NCBI GenBank assembly: GCA_963804565.1
Contig: CAWDQV010000001.1
Span: 2,046,026 to 2,110,025, forward strand
Direction: 5' to 3'
DNA: 64,000 bases
From: Candidatus Dormiibacterota bacterium
GTDB lineage: Bacteria; Chloroflexota; Dormibacteria; Aeolococcales; Bog-877
Both the position numbers and the translations under genes were made by a program. Below are positions 50,713-60,572 of this stretch, piece by piece (the first letter of the stretch is position 1; the number at the start of each line of letters is the position of its first letter). The notes under the pieces are model-generated. The model saw only the letters and a program-made list of their open reading frames with translations. It was not told the origin of the DNA and made no database searches.

Positions 50713-52695
50713 CGAGGGTCTCTCCCGATCTGCGGGCCGGGACCGCCAGCCGGGCTCTACGACTATCTCGTCCCCGAGGACTTCGCGACCAGCTTCAGCT
50801 CGGGCAACGGGTGGTTGTGCCCTTCGGGCGCCGCCGGGTGTTCGCCTTCGTGGTCGAGCTTCTCGAGGTCTCGCCGATCGAGCGACTGCGCCCCCTGGAG
50901 CGCATCCGCGACGAGCAGCCCCTGCTGCTGCCCCATCAGATCAGCCTGGCCCAATGGATCGCAGCCCACTACCTGTGCCCGCTCCCCGAGGTGGTCCGGG
51001 CCATGATCCCGCCGGCGCTGCAGGACAGGCAAGGCCACGGCCAAACGACGTGCCGCTCCAGGGCCTGCGCTCGCGGACTCTGCCCCAACGACCGGGAGCG
51101 ATGCTCGACTGGAGCTCACCTCGGCCCAGGAGGAGGTGTTCGCGCCGATCCGAGACGCAATCACCTGGTCCAGGCCGGACGAGTTCCTCCTTTTCGGAGT
51201 CACCGGTTCGGGAAAGACCGAGGTCTACCTGGCCGCGATCAAGGCGGCGCTGGCTCAGGGCAGAGGCGCCATCGTCCTAGTCCCAGAGATCTCTCTCACT
51301 CCCCAGACGGAGAAGCGGTTCGCGGTCCACTTCCCGGGGATCGTGGCCGTGCTCCACTCGGGGCTAACGGTTGCCGAGCGGGGCCGGGAGTGGAGGCGGG
51401 TGCGCTGCGGGCCAGGCTCAGGTGGTGGTCGGCTCGCGCAGCGCGGTGTTCGCGCCCATGGTCAACCCCGGAATCGTGATCGTCGACGAGGAGGATTCCT
51501 CCTCGTACAAGCAGTACGACGCGATTCCCCGATACCAGGCGGCCGACGTCGCTCGTCACCTGGGCCGGATCCTCTCGATTCCAGTGGTGCTCGGGAGCGC
51601 GACTCCCCGCCTGGAGTCCTACCGGCAGGCACTTGGGTCCACCGGCCTTCGGATGCTGCGGATGCCCCACCGCTTTGGCGGTCGTCCACTGCCCCCCGTG
51701 GAGGTGGTGGATCTGCGCGAGGAGCTGGCCTGGGGCAACCGCTCCCCTTCTCTCGGCGACTCGCCGAGCTGGTCACCGAGACCCTGCAGGAGGGAGGCCA
51801 GGGGATCCTCTTCCTCAACCGGCGGGGAACCTCGAGCGTGGTCCTCTGCCGAACCTGCGGCGAGGCGCTGGGATGTCCCAACTGCTCGGTGTCGCTCACT
51901 CTTCATTTCCGGGGACGGCTCTGCGCCTGCCACTACTGCGAGCACCAGATCGAGTTGCCGGAGGAGTGCCCCAGCTGTGGAAGCCGACTGCTCCGTGCGC
52001 TCGGGGCCGGGACCGAGCGGATCGAAGCAGAGGCCAGAGAGCTGTGGCCGGCTGCCCGGATCCTGCGCATGGACCGGGATACGGTCGGACATCGCGATGC
52101 TCATCGTGAGATCTACGAGGCCTTCGTTCGCCGCGACGCTGACCTGCTCATCGGCACTCAGATGGTCGCCAAGGGGTGGGACCTCCCAGGGGTCCGGCTG
52201 GTGGGGATCGTGAACGCCGACATCGCCCTTCACTTCCCCGACTTCCGTGCCTCAGAGAAGACCTTCTCGTTGCTGACCCAGGTGGCGGGACGAGCGGGCC
52301 GCGGCGATGAGCCGGCCCAGGTGATCCTCCAGACGTACAGCCCGGAACACCCAGCTGTCCAGAGAGCCAGTGCCCACGACTACGAGGGGTTCGCGACGGT
52401 CGAGCTGGAAGCCCGCCGGCAGTTACGATTTCCCCCCTTCTCCAGGCTTCTGGTGATCACCCGCAGCGGCCCGAGTGACGGTCAGGCCAGAGCTGAGGCC
52501 CAGGCCGAAGCCGTTCGACTCCGTGGCCTGCTCGAAGGGGCCTCGGTGGAGGTCTTGGGTCCGAGCCCAGCCTTCATCCCTCGACTCCGATCGCTATACC
52601 GCTGGCAGCTGACTATCCGAGCGAATCGGCTTGAGGCAGTACGGCCTTACCTCCCCGAGGGCAGGGGCTGGGCCATTGACGTCGACCCCGCCTGA
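50687..52695 (+). pseudogene. priA: Primosomal helicase PriA, at least three frameshifts
   Basis: LYDYLVPEDF / RVVVPFGRRRVFAFV, GVTGSGKTEVY, IVIVDEEDSSSYKQ, zinc-binding CRTCG...CPNC...CHYC...CPSCG and GRAGRG blocks. Frames change near ~50800, ~51405 and ~51750. Start is uncertain. Confidence 0.8.
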
Positions 52696-52810
52696 TCCGA
52701 CGCAAGGCAGCCGGACCACCGAGGCCGGCCTCTGGCTGGGAGACTGAGCACCTTCACCCGCGTTGCCGGTGCACCAAGGCGTCATCGGCGCGATTTCTGG
52801 AGGACTCTCG

Positions 52811-53749
52811 GTGCGTGTGGTCTTCGCCGGGTCGGCCGAATTCTCCATCCCGGTTCTGAGGTCGCTCGCCGCCTCTAGTCACGAGTTGGTTGCGGTGCTG
52901 ACGGCACCGGATCGAGCGGGCAGCCGGGGATCATCGGCGCCGAGGCCGGTCCGGGCGGCGGCCCGCGCCCTGGGGATACCGGTAGAACAGCCGCAGCGGC
53001 TCACCTTCGATGGTTGGCGAGAAAGTCAGCCTTTGAGCCAAGCCGAAGTGCTGGTAGTGGCTGCCTACGGGCAGCTGGTGGAACTCCCAATCCTCCAGTC
53101 TTTGAGCTACGGAGGAGTTGGAGTCCATCCGTCGCTGCTGCCGCGCCACCGGGGAGCATCGCCGGTGGCGGCCGCGATTCTGGCCGGCGACAGCAAGACC
53201 GGGGTTACCGTCTTTCGCATGGACCAGCGCATGGATGCCGGGCCGATCCTGGCCCAAGAGTCGACTTCCCTTCCCGATTCTGCGACTACGCCGATGCTGA
53301 CCGGCCAGCTGGCACAGCTGGGCGCCCAGCTTGCGATCCAGGCGCTGGATCAGCTCGAGGGCGGCGACGCGAGGGATATCCCTCAACTCGACTCGGGCGC
53401 CACCTACTCGCACCGGCTGACCCGGAAGGAAGGGAGCCTGGAGTGGAGCCTGTCCGCGGAGAACTCGACCGCAGATTGCGGGCCCTCTCTCCATGGCCGG
53501 GGGCCACCGTGCCGTTGGCGGGAACCCGGGTCAAGCTGCTCCAGGGGGCCGCGGTCGCCTGGAACGATGCTCTGCCCACCATAACTCCAGGGGAGATTCT
53601 GGAGCGGAGCGCCGACTGGATCCTGGTCCGGGGCTGGCGAGGACGCGTTTCGGGTAGAGCTGATCCAACCGCCTGGCCGGCTGCCGATGACTCCGGTCGC
53701 ATTCCTCCGCGGTCGGCAACCTTCGAAGGGAAGCGATCGCCGTGGCTGA
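52811..53749 (+). pseudogene. fmt: Methionyl-tRNA formyltransferase, two frameshifts
   Basis: VRVVFAGSAEF, HPSLLPRHRGASP, then LRALSPWPGA (other frame) and VELIQPPGRLPMTPVAFLRG (third frame). Junctions are at ~53460 and at the G-run at 53630-53633. The stop overlaps the smpB start. Confidence 0.8.
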
Positions 53750-54218
53750 ACCCAAAGAGCCTCGGCTGCTGGCTCGCAACAAGCGAGCGCGTCACGAGTA
53801 CCACATCCTGGAGCAGGTCGAGGCTGGGATCGAGCTCTTCGGGACGGAGGTTCGGTCTCTGCGCCAAGGCGGGGCTCAGATCACCGAGGCCTACGTCCGG
53901 ATCGAGAGGGGAGAAGCCTGGCTCCACGGGGCCCACATTCAGCCGTATGAGTTCGGCAACCGTCAAAACCACGATCCCGCCCGCTCCCGCCGACTGCTGC
54001 TGCACCGCCGCCAGATCGACCACCTCGCGGGCGCCGTCAAACAGCCCGGAGTCACCCTGGTGCCACTCGACCTCCACCTATTCCGCAATCGGGTCAAGGT
54101 GGAGTTGGCGCTTGGCCGAGGTAAGCGGGAGTACGACAAGCGTTACGCGCTCGCGGAAAGGGAGGCCCGGCGGCAGATGGAGCGCGGGCTGCGTAGGGAC
54201 TGGAATAGCGCGGTATAG
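53742..54218 (+). CDS. smpB: SsrA-binding protein SmpB
   Basis: NKRARHEYHILE..EAGIEL.GTEV..LR and RLLLHRRQI motifs. Intact, and directly upstream of the tmRNA. Confidence 0.9.
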   Translation: MAEPKEPRLLARNKRARHEYHILEQVEAGIELFGTEVRSLRQGGAQITEAYVRIERGEAWLHGAHIQPYEFGNRQNHDPARSRRLLLHRRQIDHLAGAVKQPGVTLVPLDLHLFRNRVKVELALGRGKREYDKRYALAEREARRQMERGLRRDWNSAV

Positions 54219-54238
54219 TGAATTCGCGACCTGCTCGT

Positions 54239-54627
<389 letters not shown>

Positions 54628-54801
54628 GGGTTGTTGAAGACGGAGTTGCAAGGTTGGCCCAGAACGCCAGTTTTAAGGCTTTGAAGTGCAGCTGAGGCTG
54701 GCGGATCTGGCTTTCGACGTCTCTTTGCGGGGCTCAACGGCCGGCCTAGATGGGCAAAACGGCTTCAGCGTGACTGACGCTCGCTTGCATGAACTACACC
54801 G

Positions 54802-54853
54802 ATTCCGGACGACCTTGGTGGCCAGACCACACTCATTCCGGACGACTCTGGTG
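54802..54853 (+). repeat. Two copies of a 19-nt direct repeat (ATTCCGGACGAC[CT][TC]TGGTG), 33-nt period
   Basis: Copies at 54802-54820 and 54835-54853, identical at 17 of 19 positions. Located in the non-coding stretch after the tmRNA. Confidence 0.6.
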
Positions 54854-55015
54854 CGTTGTCACTCCCGCTGGGGACTTCGTGGAAAATGCCGAGACCGGAG
54901 CGCTCACGGTGGCGGATGTTTTGCCCAACAGCGCTGCACTGCCGCGGCTCCGTGAGCCCGGGGCAGATCTGGGGTTCGGTCGGGATGCGGTGGGGCGAGA
55001 GCAAAGGGAGCACTA

Positions 55016-55591
55016 ATGGGACCAGTCATAAGCGACATCTCTATCTCGCTCGATGGGTATGTGACCGGCCCGAATGACAGCCGCCAAAATCCTTTCGGCG
55101 ACGGCGCCAGCATGCTGCACGACTGGATATTTTCCGCGGCGACCGACGACGACCGGGCGATCTTGCGCGAGATGATCGACACCGCTGGCGCCATCGTGAT
55201 GGGTCGCAAGTCATTCGAGAAGAACGAGGGCGACGGCGGCTGGGGTGACAGCGGACCGCTCGGCGACACTCCGTGCTTCGTAGTCACCCACAGCAAGCCG
55301 AGCACCTCATATCCGCCTGTGTTCACTTTCGTCACCAGCGGTGTGGGTTACGCGCTCGAGCAGGCCAAGCGGGTCGCGGGGGAAAGGGTCGTCCACCTGC
55401 ACGGTGCGACCGTCATGCAGCAGGCACTCCGGCTTGGCCTGGTCGACGAGATCCGCGTGCACGTGGTGCCGGTCCTGCTCGGAGGCGGCACGCCTCTGTT
55501 CAGTACGCTCGCATCAGCGCTCGCCCTTGAAAGGACCAATGTTCGGGTCACCCCGGCGGCTACCCATTTGGGGTTCCGGGTGCTGCGGTGA
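55016..55591 (+). CDS. Dihydrofolate-reductase-like (RibD C-terminal domain) family protein
   Basis: ISISLDGYVTGPND, GAIVMGRKSF and VDEIRVHVVPVLLGGGTPLF motifs. Confidence 0.75.
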   Translation: MGPVISDISISLDGYVTGPNDSRQNPFGDGASMLHDWIFSAATDDDRAILREMIDTAGAIVMGRKSFEKNEGDGGWGDSGPLGDTPCFVVTHSKPSTSYPPVFTFVTSGVGYALEQAKRVAGERVVHLHGATVMQQALRLGLVDEIRVHVVPVLLGGGTPLFSTLASALALERTNVRVTPAATHLGFRVLR

Positions 55592-55622
55592 GCCGGTCAC
55601 CGGCGGTGGCGGACGGCCTCTC

Positions 55623-56420
55623 TCAGTTTGGCTCGGCGGCTCGCCGCTGGTTGTATAGCTGGGTGGCCCAGAGGTAGGCCACGACGGCGATACCGACGCT
55701 CCACGCAACAGCGGAGATAGCGTGGTCGCCGACGGCAGCGTTGGTTAGCAGCGCTCGGACGGTGTCGACGACAGCGGAAAAGGGCTGGTACTCGGCGAAC
55801 TGGCGCAGCCCGTCGGGCATCGTTTGGATCCGCACGAACGCGCTGCTGAGGAACACGAGCAGCAAGAGGACCATCGGGGTGTTGCTGGCGGTCTCGACGC
55901 TCTTGGCGGCCAAGCCGAGGGCGACGGCCAGCCAGATCAGCGCGAAGGCGAACAGTGCCAGCACCCCGATCGCGGCCAGCCACGCGAACGGCCCTGCGGC
56001 GGTGCGGAAGCCGAGGCCGAAAGCGACCCCGATGAGGACGGCCAGTGCGGCGAGCGTTTGGATCAAGCTGCCGAGAACATGCCCAGTGAGGACCGACGCG
56101 CGGGCGATCGCCATGGTCCGGAACCGGTCGATGATGCCTCCAGTCATGTCCATGGCGACCATGATCGAAGTGCCCTGTACGGCTGAGCCCACCGTGACCA
56201 GCAGGAGCCCAGGTACGACGTAGTCCAGGTAGGCGCTACGTCCCTCGTGGGAGCCGAGGCCGGCACCGAGTTGGCCGCCGAATACGTAGACGAACAACAG
56301 GAGGAGAACGACTGGAAGTCCGACGAGCATCAGAGTCATCGAGGGATAGCGCATCTGGTGCTTGAGGTTGCGGCGCAGCATCACCCACGAGTCGCTGACC
56401 GTGTAGGCGAGCGGGGTCAT
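55623..56420 (-). CDS. ABC-2 type transporter permease (DrrB-like)
   Basis: 265 aa with six TM segments. Overlaps the ATPase stop. Confidence 0.8.
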   Translation of the reverse strand: MTPLAYTVSDSWVMLRRNLKHQMRYPSMTLMLVGLPVVLLLLFVYVFGGQLGAGLGSHEGRSAYLDYVVPGLLLVTVGSAVQGTSIMVAMDMTGGIIDRFRTMAIARASVLTGHVLGSLIQTLAALAVLIGVAFGLGFRTAAGPFAWLAAIGVLALFAFALIWLAVALGLAAKSVETASNTPMVLLLLVFLSSAFVRIQTMPDGLRQFAEYQPFSAVVDTVRALLTNAAVGDHAISAVAWSVGIAVVAYLWATQLYNQRRAAEPN

Positions 56421-57403
56421 CGATGCACTGTGCCTTGCCCGGTTGGGACCTGTTCGTCCTCGGCCGTGACATGGCTGCCGGTGACGGCGAGGAAGACGTC
56501 ATCGAGGTCCGGAGTATGGATCGATAGGCGATCGACAGCGATGCCCGCCTCGTGCAGCTCGTCGAGCAACTCACGGAGAGAGTTCACCGTGCTTCTCGCG
56601 GGGACCTGGAGGACCATCTCGTCCTGATAGGGAGAGCCCGTCGGAAGGAGTTCTCTCGCCAAGCGCAGCTGGTCAGGGCCGCCGAAGTGGAGTCGGACGT
56701 GGCCGCCGGGGATCCGACTCTTCAGCTCAGCTGGGGTTCCTTCGGCGACGATCCGGCCCTGGTCAAGAACCGCGATTCGGTCCGCCAGCTGGTCCGCCTC
56801 ATCGAGGTAGTGGGTGGTGAGGAGGATAGTCACTCCCGCCGAGGCGAGCTCGCGGACAATCTCCCACATGATCAGGCGGCTGCGCGGGTCCAGTCCGGTC
56901 GTCGGCTCGTCCAAGAAGATCACCTGGGGCTTACCAACCAACGTCATGGCGAGGTCGAGTCGCCGTCTCATCCCGCCCGAGTAGGTAGACGCTGGCTTAT
57001 CTGCGGCGTCCAAGAGATCGAATTGCTCAAGCAGCTCGGTCGCCCTACGGAGCCCAGCGTCGCGACGGAGGTGTCGAAGTTCGGCCATCAACCTCAAGTT
57101 CTCGGCCCCGGTGAGCAAGTTGTCCACGGCCGAGAACTGGCCGGTGACGCCGATGACCGCTCGCACCCCATTCGGGTCGGTCGCCACTTCATGCCCGGCG
57201 ATGCTGATTGACCCGGAGTCGGAAGAGATCAGGGTCGAGAGAATGCGGACCATCGTCGTCTTGCCGGCTCCGTTCGGACCAAGTAGTGCGAGGATCGAGC
57301 CGGTACCCGCAGTCAGGTTCACCTTGTCGAGTACCAGATGGCTCCCAAACGACTTGCACACGTCCCTGGCCGAGATCCCCGGCGTGGCGGTTGGGAAGGT
57401 CAT
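56417..57403 (-). CDS. ABC transporter ATP-binding protein (DrrA-like)
   Basis: GPNGAGKTT, YSGGMRRRLDLA and IFLDEPTTGLD motifs. Intact paralogue of the gene at 6907-7922. Confidence 0.9.
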   Translation of the reverse strand: MTFPTATPGISARDVCKSFGSHLVLDKVNLTAGTGSILALLGPNGAGKTTMVRILSTLISSDSGSISIAGHEVATDPNGVRAVIGVTGQFSAVDNLLTGAENLRLMAELRHLRRDAGLRRATELLEQFDLLDAADKPASTYSGGMRRRLDLAMTLVGKPQVIFLDEPTTGLDPRSRLIMWEIVRELASAGVTILLTTHYLDEADQLADRIAVLDQGRIVAEGTPAELKSRIPGGHVRLHFGGPDQLRLARELLPTGSPYQDEMVLQVPARSTVNSLRELLDELHEAGIAVDRLSIHTPDLDDVFLAVTGSHVTAEDEQVPTGQGTVHR

Positions 57404-57921
57404 CTAGGGCCACCCTCTCCATGGGGGCGAGGCGCATCTGGGAGTTCGCCCGCGGCTCTCAGCTGCTCGCGGCGTTCCTTCCACTCCTGTCCCAGCGCGG
57501 GAAGCCGTTCCACCAGGAAATCGGCGAACGCCGCCCACTCCAAAAGGTTCGCCCGCCGTTCGGGAGGGGCGTCCTCGAGGAGTCGCAGACCCTCTCTTGC
57601 AAGCTCGCCCTGCTCCTGATACTCGGAGATGTCGGTGCCGGTCGCCTGCGGCGACGACATGTCGATGCGCACCCGGTCCATCCGCTCGCCAGCAGCCCGG
57701 GATCGCTGGATCAGCCCGAGGTTCTCCAACGTGTTGACCGCTGCGGAGATGGCGCTCCGACTGGCCAGCAGAGCCTCAGCCAACTCCGCGATGCTCTGCT
57801 CCCGGGGAGCGCAGATCGCCAGGTATCCCACCAGGCGCCCCACCATCGGAGCCATGCCGTAGCGCCGGGCATAAAACCGGCCGGCATGGTCGGCAAACGT
57901 AATCTCACCGTCCGTGGGCAT
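57400..57921 (-). CDS. GbsR/MarR-family transcriptional regulator
   Basis: FADHAGRFYARRYGMAPMVGRLVGYLAIC..EQSIAELAEALLASRSAISAAVNTLENLGLI. ATG 57919-57921 chosen; the track ORF starts at 57957. Confidence 0.65.
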   Translation of the reverse strand: MPTDGEITFADHAGRFYARRYGMAPMVGRLVGYLAICAPREQSIAELAEALLASRSAISAAVNTLENLGLIQRSRAAGERMDRVRIDMSSPQATGTDISEYQEQGELAREGLRLLEDAPPERRANLLEWAAFADFLVERLPALGQEWKERREQLRAAGELPDAPRPHGEGGPR

Positions 57922-58058
57922 GGTGCTCACTTTATACAACATCCTGAGATAACGCAAATCTCTGTCATTTCCGAAGCTGCCCGCCTGACTGGTGACCTCT
58001 CCGCCCCGGAACTACCGCGCCAAGAGCCCCTACTTGAAGTTGAGGGCGGCGCACGGAC

Positions 58059-58075
58059 GATCTCGGCGCGAGATC
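58059..58075. promoter_or_regulatory. Inverted repeat GATCTCG-GCG-CGAGATC in the regulator/MFS intergenic region
   Basis: Read directly. 7-nt arms with a 3-nt spacer. Confidence 0.25.
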
Positions 58076-58203
58076 GGCTGGCGTCCAGGGAGCGACTGGT
58101 GCCGGCGCACAGGATCGACCGAAACGGTGACAATTCGTGGCAGCGCACCTTTGTTCCACCTTCCAGCCACGGGGCAGGTGCCGTCGGGCGTAACCCGGTC
58201 GAT

Positions 58204-58221
58204 CCCATCGGAAGCGATGGG
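58204..58221 (+). promoter_or_regulatory. Hairpin CCCATCG-GAAG-CGATGGG, 15 nt upstream of the MFS start codon
   Basis: Read directly. It lies just 5' of the AGGAG Shine-Dalgarno of the MFS gene. Confidence 0.25.
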
Positions 58222-58236
58222 TAGACACCAGGAGCC

Positions 58237-59790
58237 GTGACCATCGAAAAGAAGTGGTGGACCCTGATCGCGGTCTGCGCGGGCACGTTCATGCTGCTCC
58301 TGGATGTGACTATCGTGGTCGTAGCCCTTCCTCAGATCCAGACCGCTCTGCACGCAAGCTTCAGCGACGTCCAGTGGGTGGTCGACGCCTACGCACTGAC
58401 GCTGGCCTCTCTCCTGCTGACGGCAGGAGTGCTGGCCGACCGCTACGGACGGCGTCTGCTGTTCGCGATTGGCATCTGCATATTCACCCTTGGCTCGCTC
58501 ACCTGTGGGCTCGCCCAATCTCCGCTGATGCTGGTCCTCAGTCGCAGTGGCCAGGGAGTTGGCGGCGCCATCATGTTCGCCACATCGCTGGCGCTGCTGG
58601 GTGACAGTTTCCGGGGAAAGGACCGCGGAGTTGCATTTGGCATCTGGGGAGGGATCACCGGTGTGGCCGTCTCCCTGGGACCGATCTTGGGCGGCGCGAT
58701 CACCACCGGTATCAGCTGGCGCGGGATCTTCCTCGTCAACGTCCCCGTTGGGATTGCCGCTCTCGTCATCACGCTATGGCGGGTCAGCGAGTCTCGGGTT
58801 GCCAGCCCGGGACGCCCGGATTGGGTGGGATTCGGCCTGCTCACTTCTGGTCTGGTGGCACTGATCTACGGGCTCATCCGGGCCAGTGAGACGAGTTGGA
58901 CCGACCACGGAGTGGTCGCCTGTCTAGCCTTCGCAGTTCTCCTCCTCTCGTGCTTCGTGTTCGCGGAGTTCCGTGTTCCCCATCCAATGTTCGAGCTGGC
59001 GCTGTTTCGCACGCCGACCTTTCCCGGGGGCCTGATCGCCGCGTTCGCCATGAACGGTTCGCTGTTCGCGATGTTGCTCTACTTGGTGTTGTATTTCCAA
59101 GACGTCCTGGGCTACTCCGCGCTGGCGACGGGGTTGCGACTTTTGGTCAGTACTGGAGCGATGTTTATCGCGGCCGTTATCAGCGGGCGGCTCAGTGAGA
59201 GGGTGCCAGTTCGTTGGCTGATTGGCCCCGGATTGGGACTTGTGGGATTCGGCTTGTTGCTGATGACAGGGCTGAACGGCGCCAGCTCGTGGACGCACCT
59301 CCTCCCTGGACTCGCTATCGCAGGAATTGGCTCCGGACTGGTCAATCCGCCGCTTGCCTCCACCGCGATCGGGGTCGTGGTACCAGACCGCGCCGGAATG
59401 GCCTCCGGAATCAACGCAACCTTTCGCCAAATTGGCTTCGCCACCGCGATCGCGGCGCTTGGTTCGATCTTCGCCGGCACGTTCCAAAGCAACCTGGTGC
59501 ACGCGTTAGCATCGGTCCCCACGCTCGCCAGGCGGGCCGCCCAGGTGGCGGCCCTGGTACGTCAGGGTGAGGTAAAGCAGGCGCTAGCTGGGGTGTCTCC
59601 GGCGCTGCGCGGGGAGTTGGCAGGGGCGATCCGATCCAGCTTCGCGAGCGGAATAAACGAGCTGGTCGTCGTCGCCGGCGTCCTCGCTCTGGTGGGTGCG
59701 GTCTGCTCCCTGACGTTGATAAGAAGTCGCGACTTCCGCGCTCGCCAGGCTCGCCCGTCCGCTGTCGGCGAGCAGGCCGTCTCGACGTAA
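58237..59790 (+). CDS. MFS transporter, DHA2 (EmrB/QacA, 14-TMS) family
   Basis: 517 aa. Motifs LDVTIVVVALPQI and LADRYGRR, ~14 hydrophobic segments. Confidence 0.85.
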   Translation: MTIEKKWWTLIAVCAGTFMLLLDVTIVVVALPQIQTALHASFSDVQWVVDAYALTLASLLLTAGVLADRYGRRLLFAIGICIFTLGSLTCGLAQSPLMLVLSRSGQGVGGAIMFATSLALLGDSFRGKDRGVAFGIWGGITGVAVSLGPILGGAITTGISWRGIFLVNVPVGIAALVITLWRVSESRVASPGRPDWVGFGLLTSGLVALIYGLIRASETSWTDHGVVACLAFAVLLLSCFVFAEFRVPHPMFELALFRTPTFPGGLIAAFAMNGSLFAMLLYLVLYFQDVLGYSALATGLRLLVSTGAMFIAAVISGRLSERVPVRWLIGPGLGLVGFGLLLMTGLNGASSWTHLLPGLAIAGIGSGLVNPPLASTAIGVVVPDRAGMASGINATFRQIGFATAIAALGSIFAGTFQSNLVHALASVPTLARRAAQVAALVRQGEVKQALAGVSPALRGELAGAIRSSFASGINELVVVAGVLALVGAVCSLTLIRSRDFRARQARPSAVGEQAVST

Positions 59791-59816
59791 TCATCGGATC
59801 CCTGGCGGCGCCGGGA

Positions 59817-60305
59817 TTGGCAATGTCGAACTGGCAGGTGTATTTTGCGGCCCAGGCTGGCGCTGCCGCCGCTCTCAGTGGCCTGATCTTCGTCGCGCTT
59901 TCGTTCAATCTCGAGCGCATTCTCAAACTCCCCAGCCTTCCCGAAAGAGCGGCGGAAGCGATTGTCGTGTTGGTGCAGCCTTTGCTGGTGGGCCTGGCTG
60001 GTGCTGCTCCACATCTGTCCAAGTATTCCCTGGGTCTCACGTGTCTCACGATCGGCGGTGCAGCTTGGCTGTTCGTCACCATTCTGTTGGCCCGTGCCTG
60101 GCCAGTCGCCCGGCACCGGCCTCGGCGCGAGTTCCTGATCCGGTCGGTCATGGCCGAGGCGGCGACGCTGCTGGCCCCAATCGCGGGCATCCTGTTGCTC
60201 GCCGGGTCGACATCAGGATTTCAGATCCAGCTCGCTGGGGCCCTGGTTTGCGTGGTGGTCGGAATCGAAGACGGGTGGGTCCTGCTCGTCGAGATAAGGC
60301 GCTGA
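59817..60305 (+). CDS. Hypothetical membrane protein (4-5 TM segments)
   Basis: 162-aa hydrophobic ORF. No family recognised. Confidence 0.4.
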   Translation: MAMSNWQVYFAAQAGAAAALSGLIFVALSFNLERILKLPSLPERAAEAIVVLVQPLLVGLAGAAPHLSKYSLGLTCLTIGGAAWLFVTILLARAWPVARHRPRREFLIRSVMAEAATLLAPIAGILLLAGSTSGFQIQLAGALVCVVVGIEDGWVLLVEIRR

Positions 60306-60572
60306 ACCGAGAGCTGTGATGGGCATCGCGGGCCGGCACGCTGGTGGCGGTCTCGCTCCGGAAGTGCTTCTCCGCTCGGCAATACATGTCGGTTCAGCCA
60401 TCGCGCCGTCTTGGCCCCATGGGGAATGGACCAACCGCCCGCGCTTGGGCCGCCGACGCTGACTAGACTGCGCTGACGAGAGATCAGGGTCCGGCTGGAT
60501 TCTCGGCCGCTCGGAATGGCGATCCGGAATGGCGGTTCGCGGCGCGCCAAAGCTGACGGCGTTGGAAGGTGA

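Noticed and set aside
27282-53749. Programmed ribosomal frameshifting or an alternative genetic code as the explanation for the split genes
   Set aside because: The shifts go in both directions. They occur dozens of times, lack slippery-heptamer or stimulator structures, and sit at ordinary short homopolymers. Intact genes in the window use standard stops.
54628-60305. Integrated genomic island at the tmRNA gene
   Set aside because: No integrase or recombinase is present. I could find no direct repeat of the ssrA 3' end and no obvious compositional break. This is kept only as a low-confidence possibility in the findings.
60512-60534. Short tandem repeat CGGAATGGCG x2 (13-nt period) upstream of the glycosyltransferase gene
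   Set aside because: Two copies of a 10-mer in GC-rich DNA are too weak to interpret.
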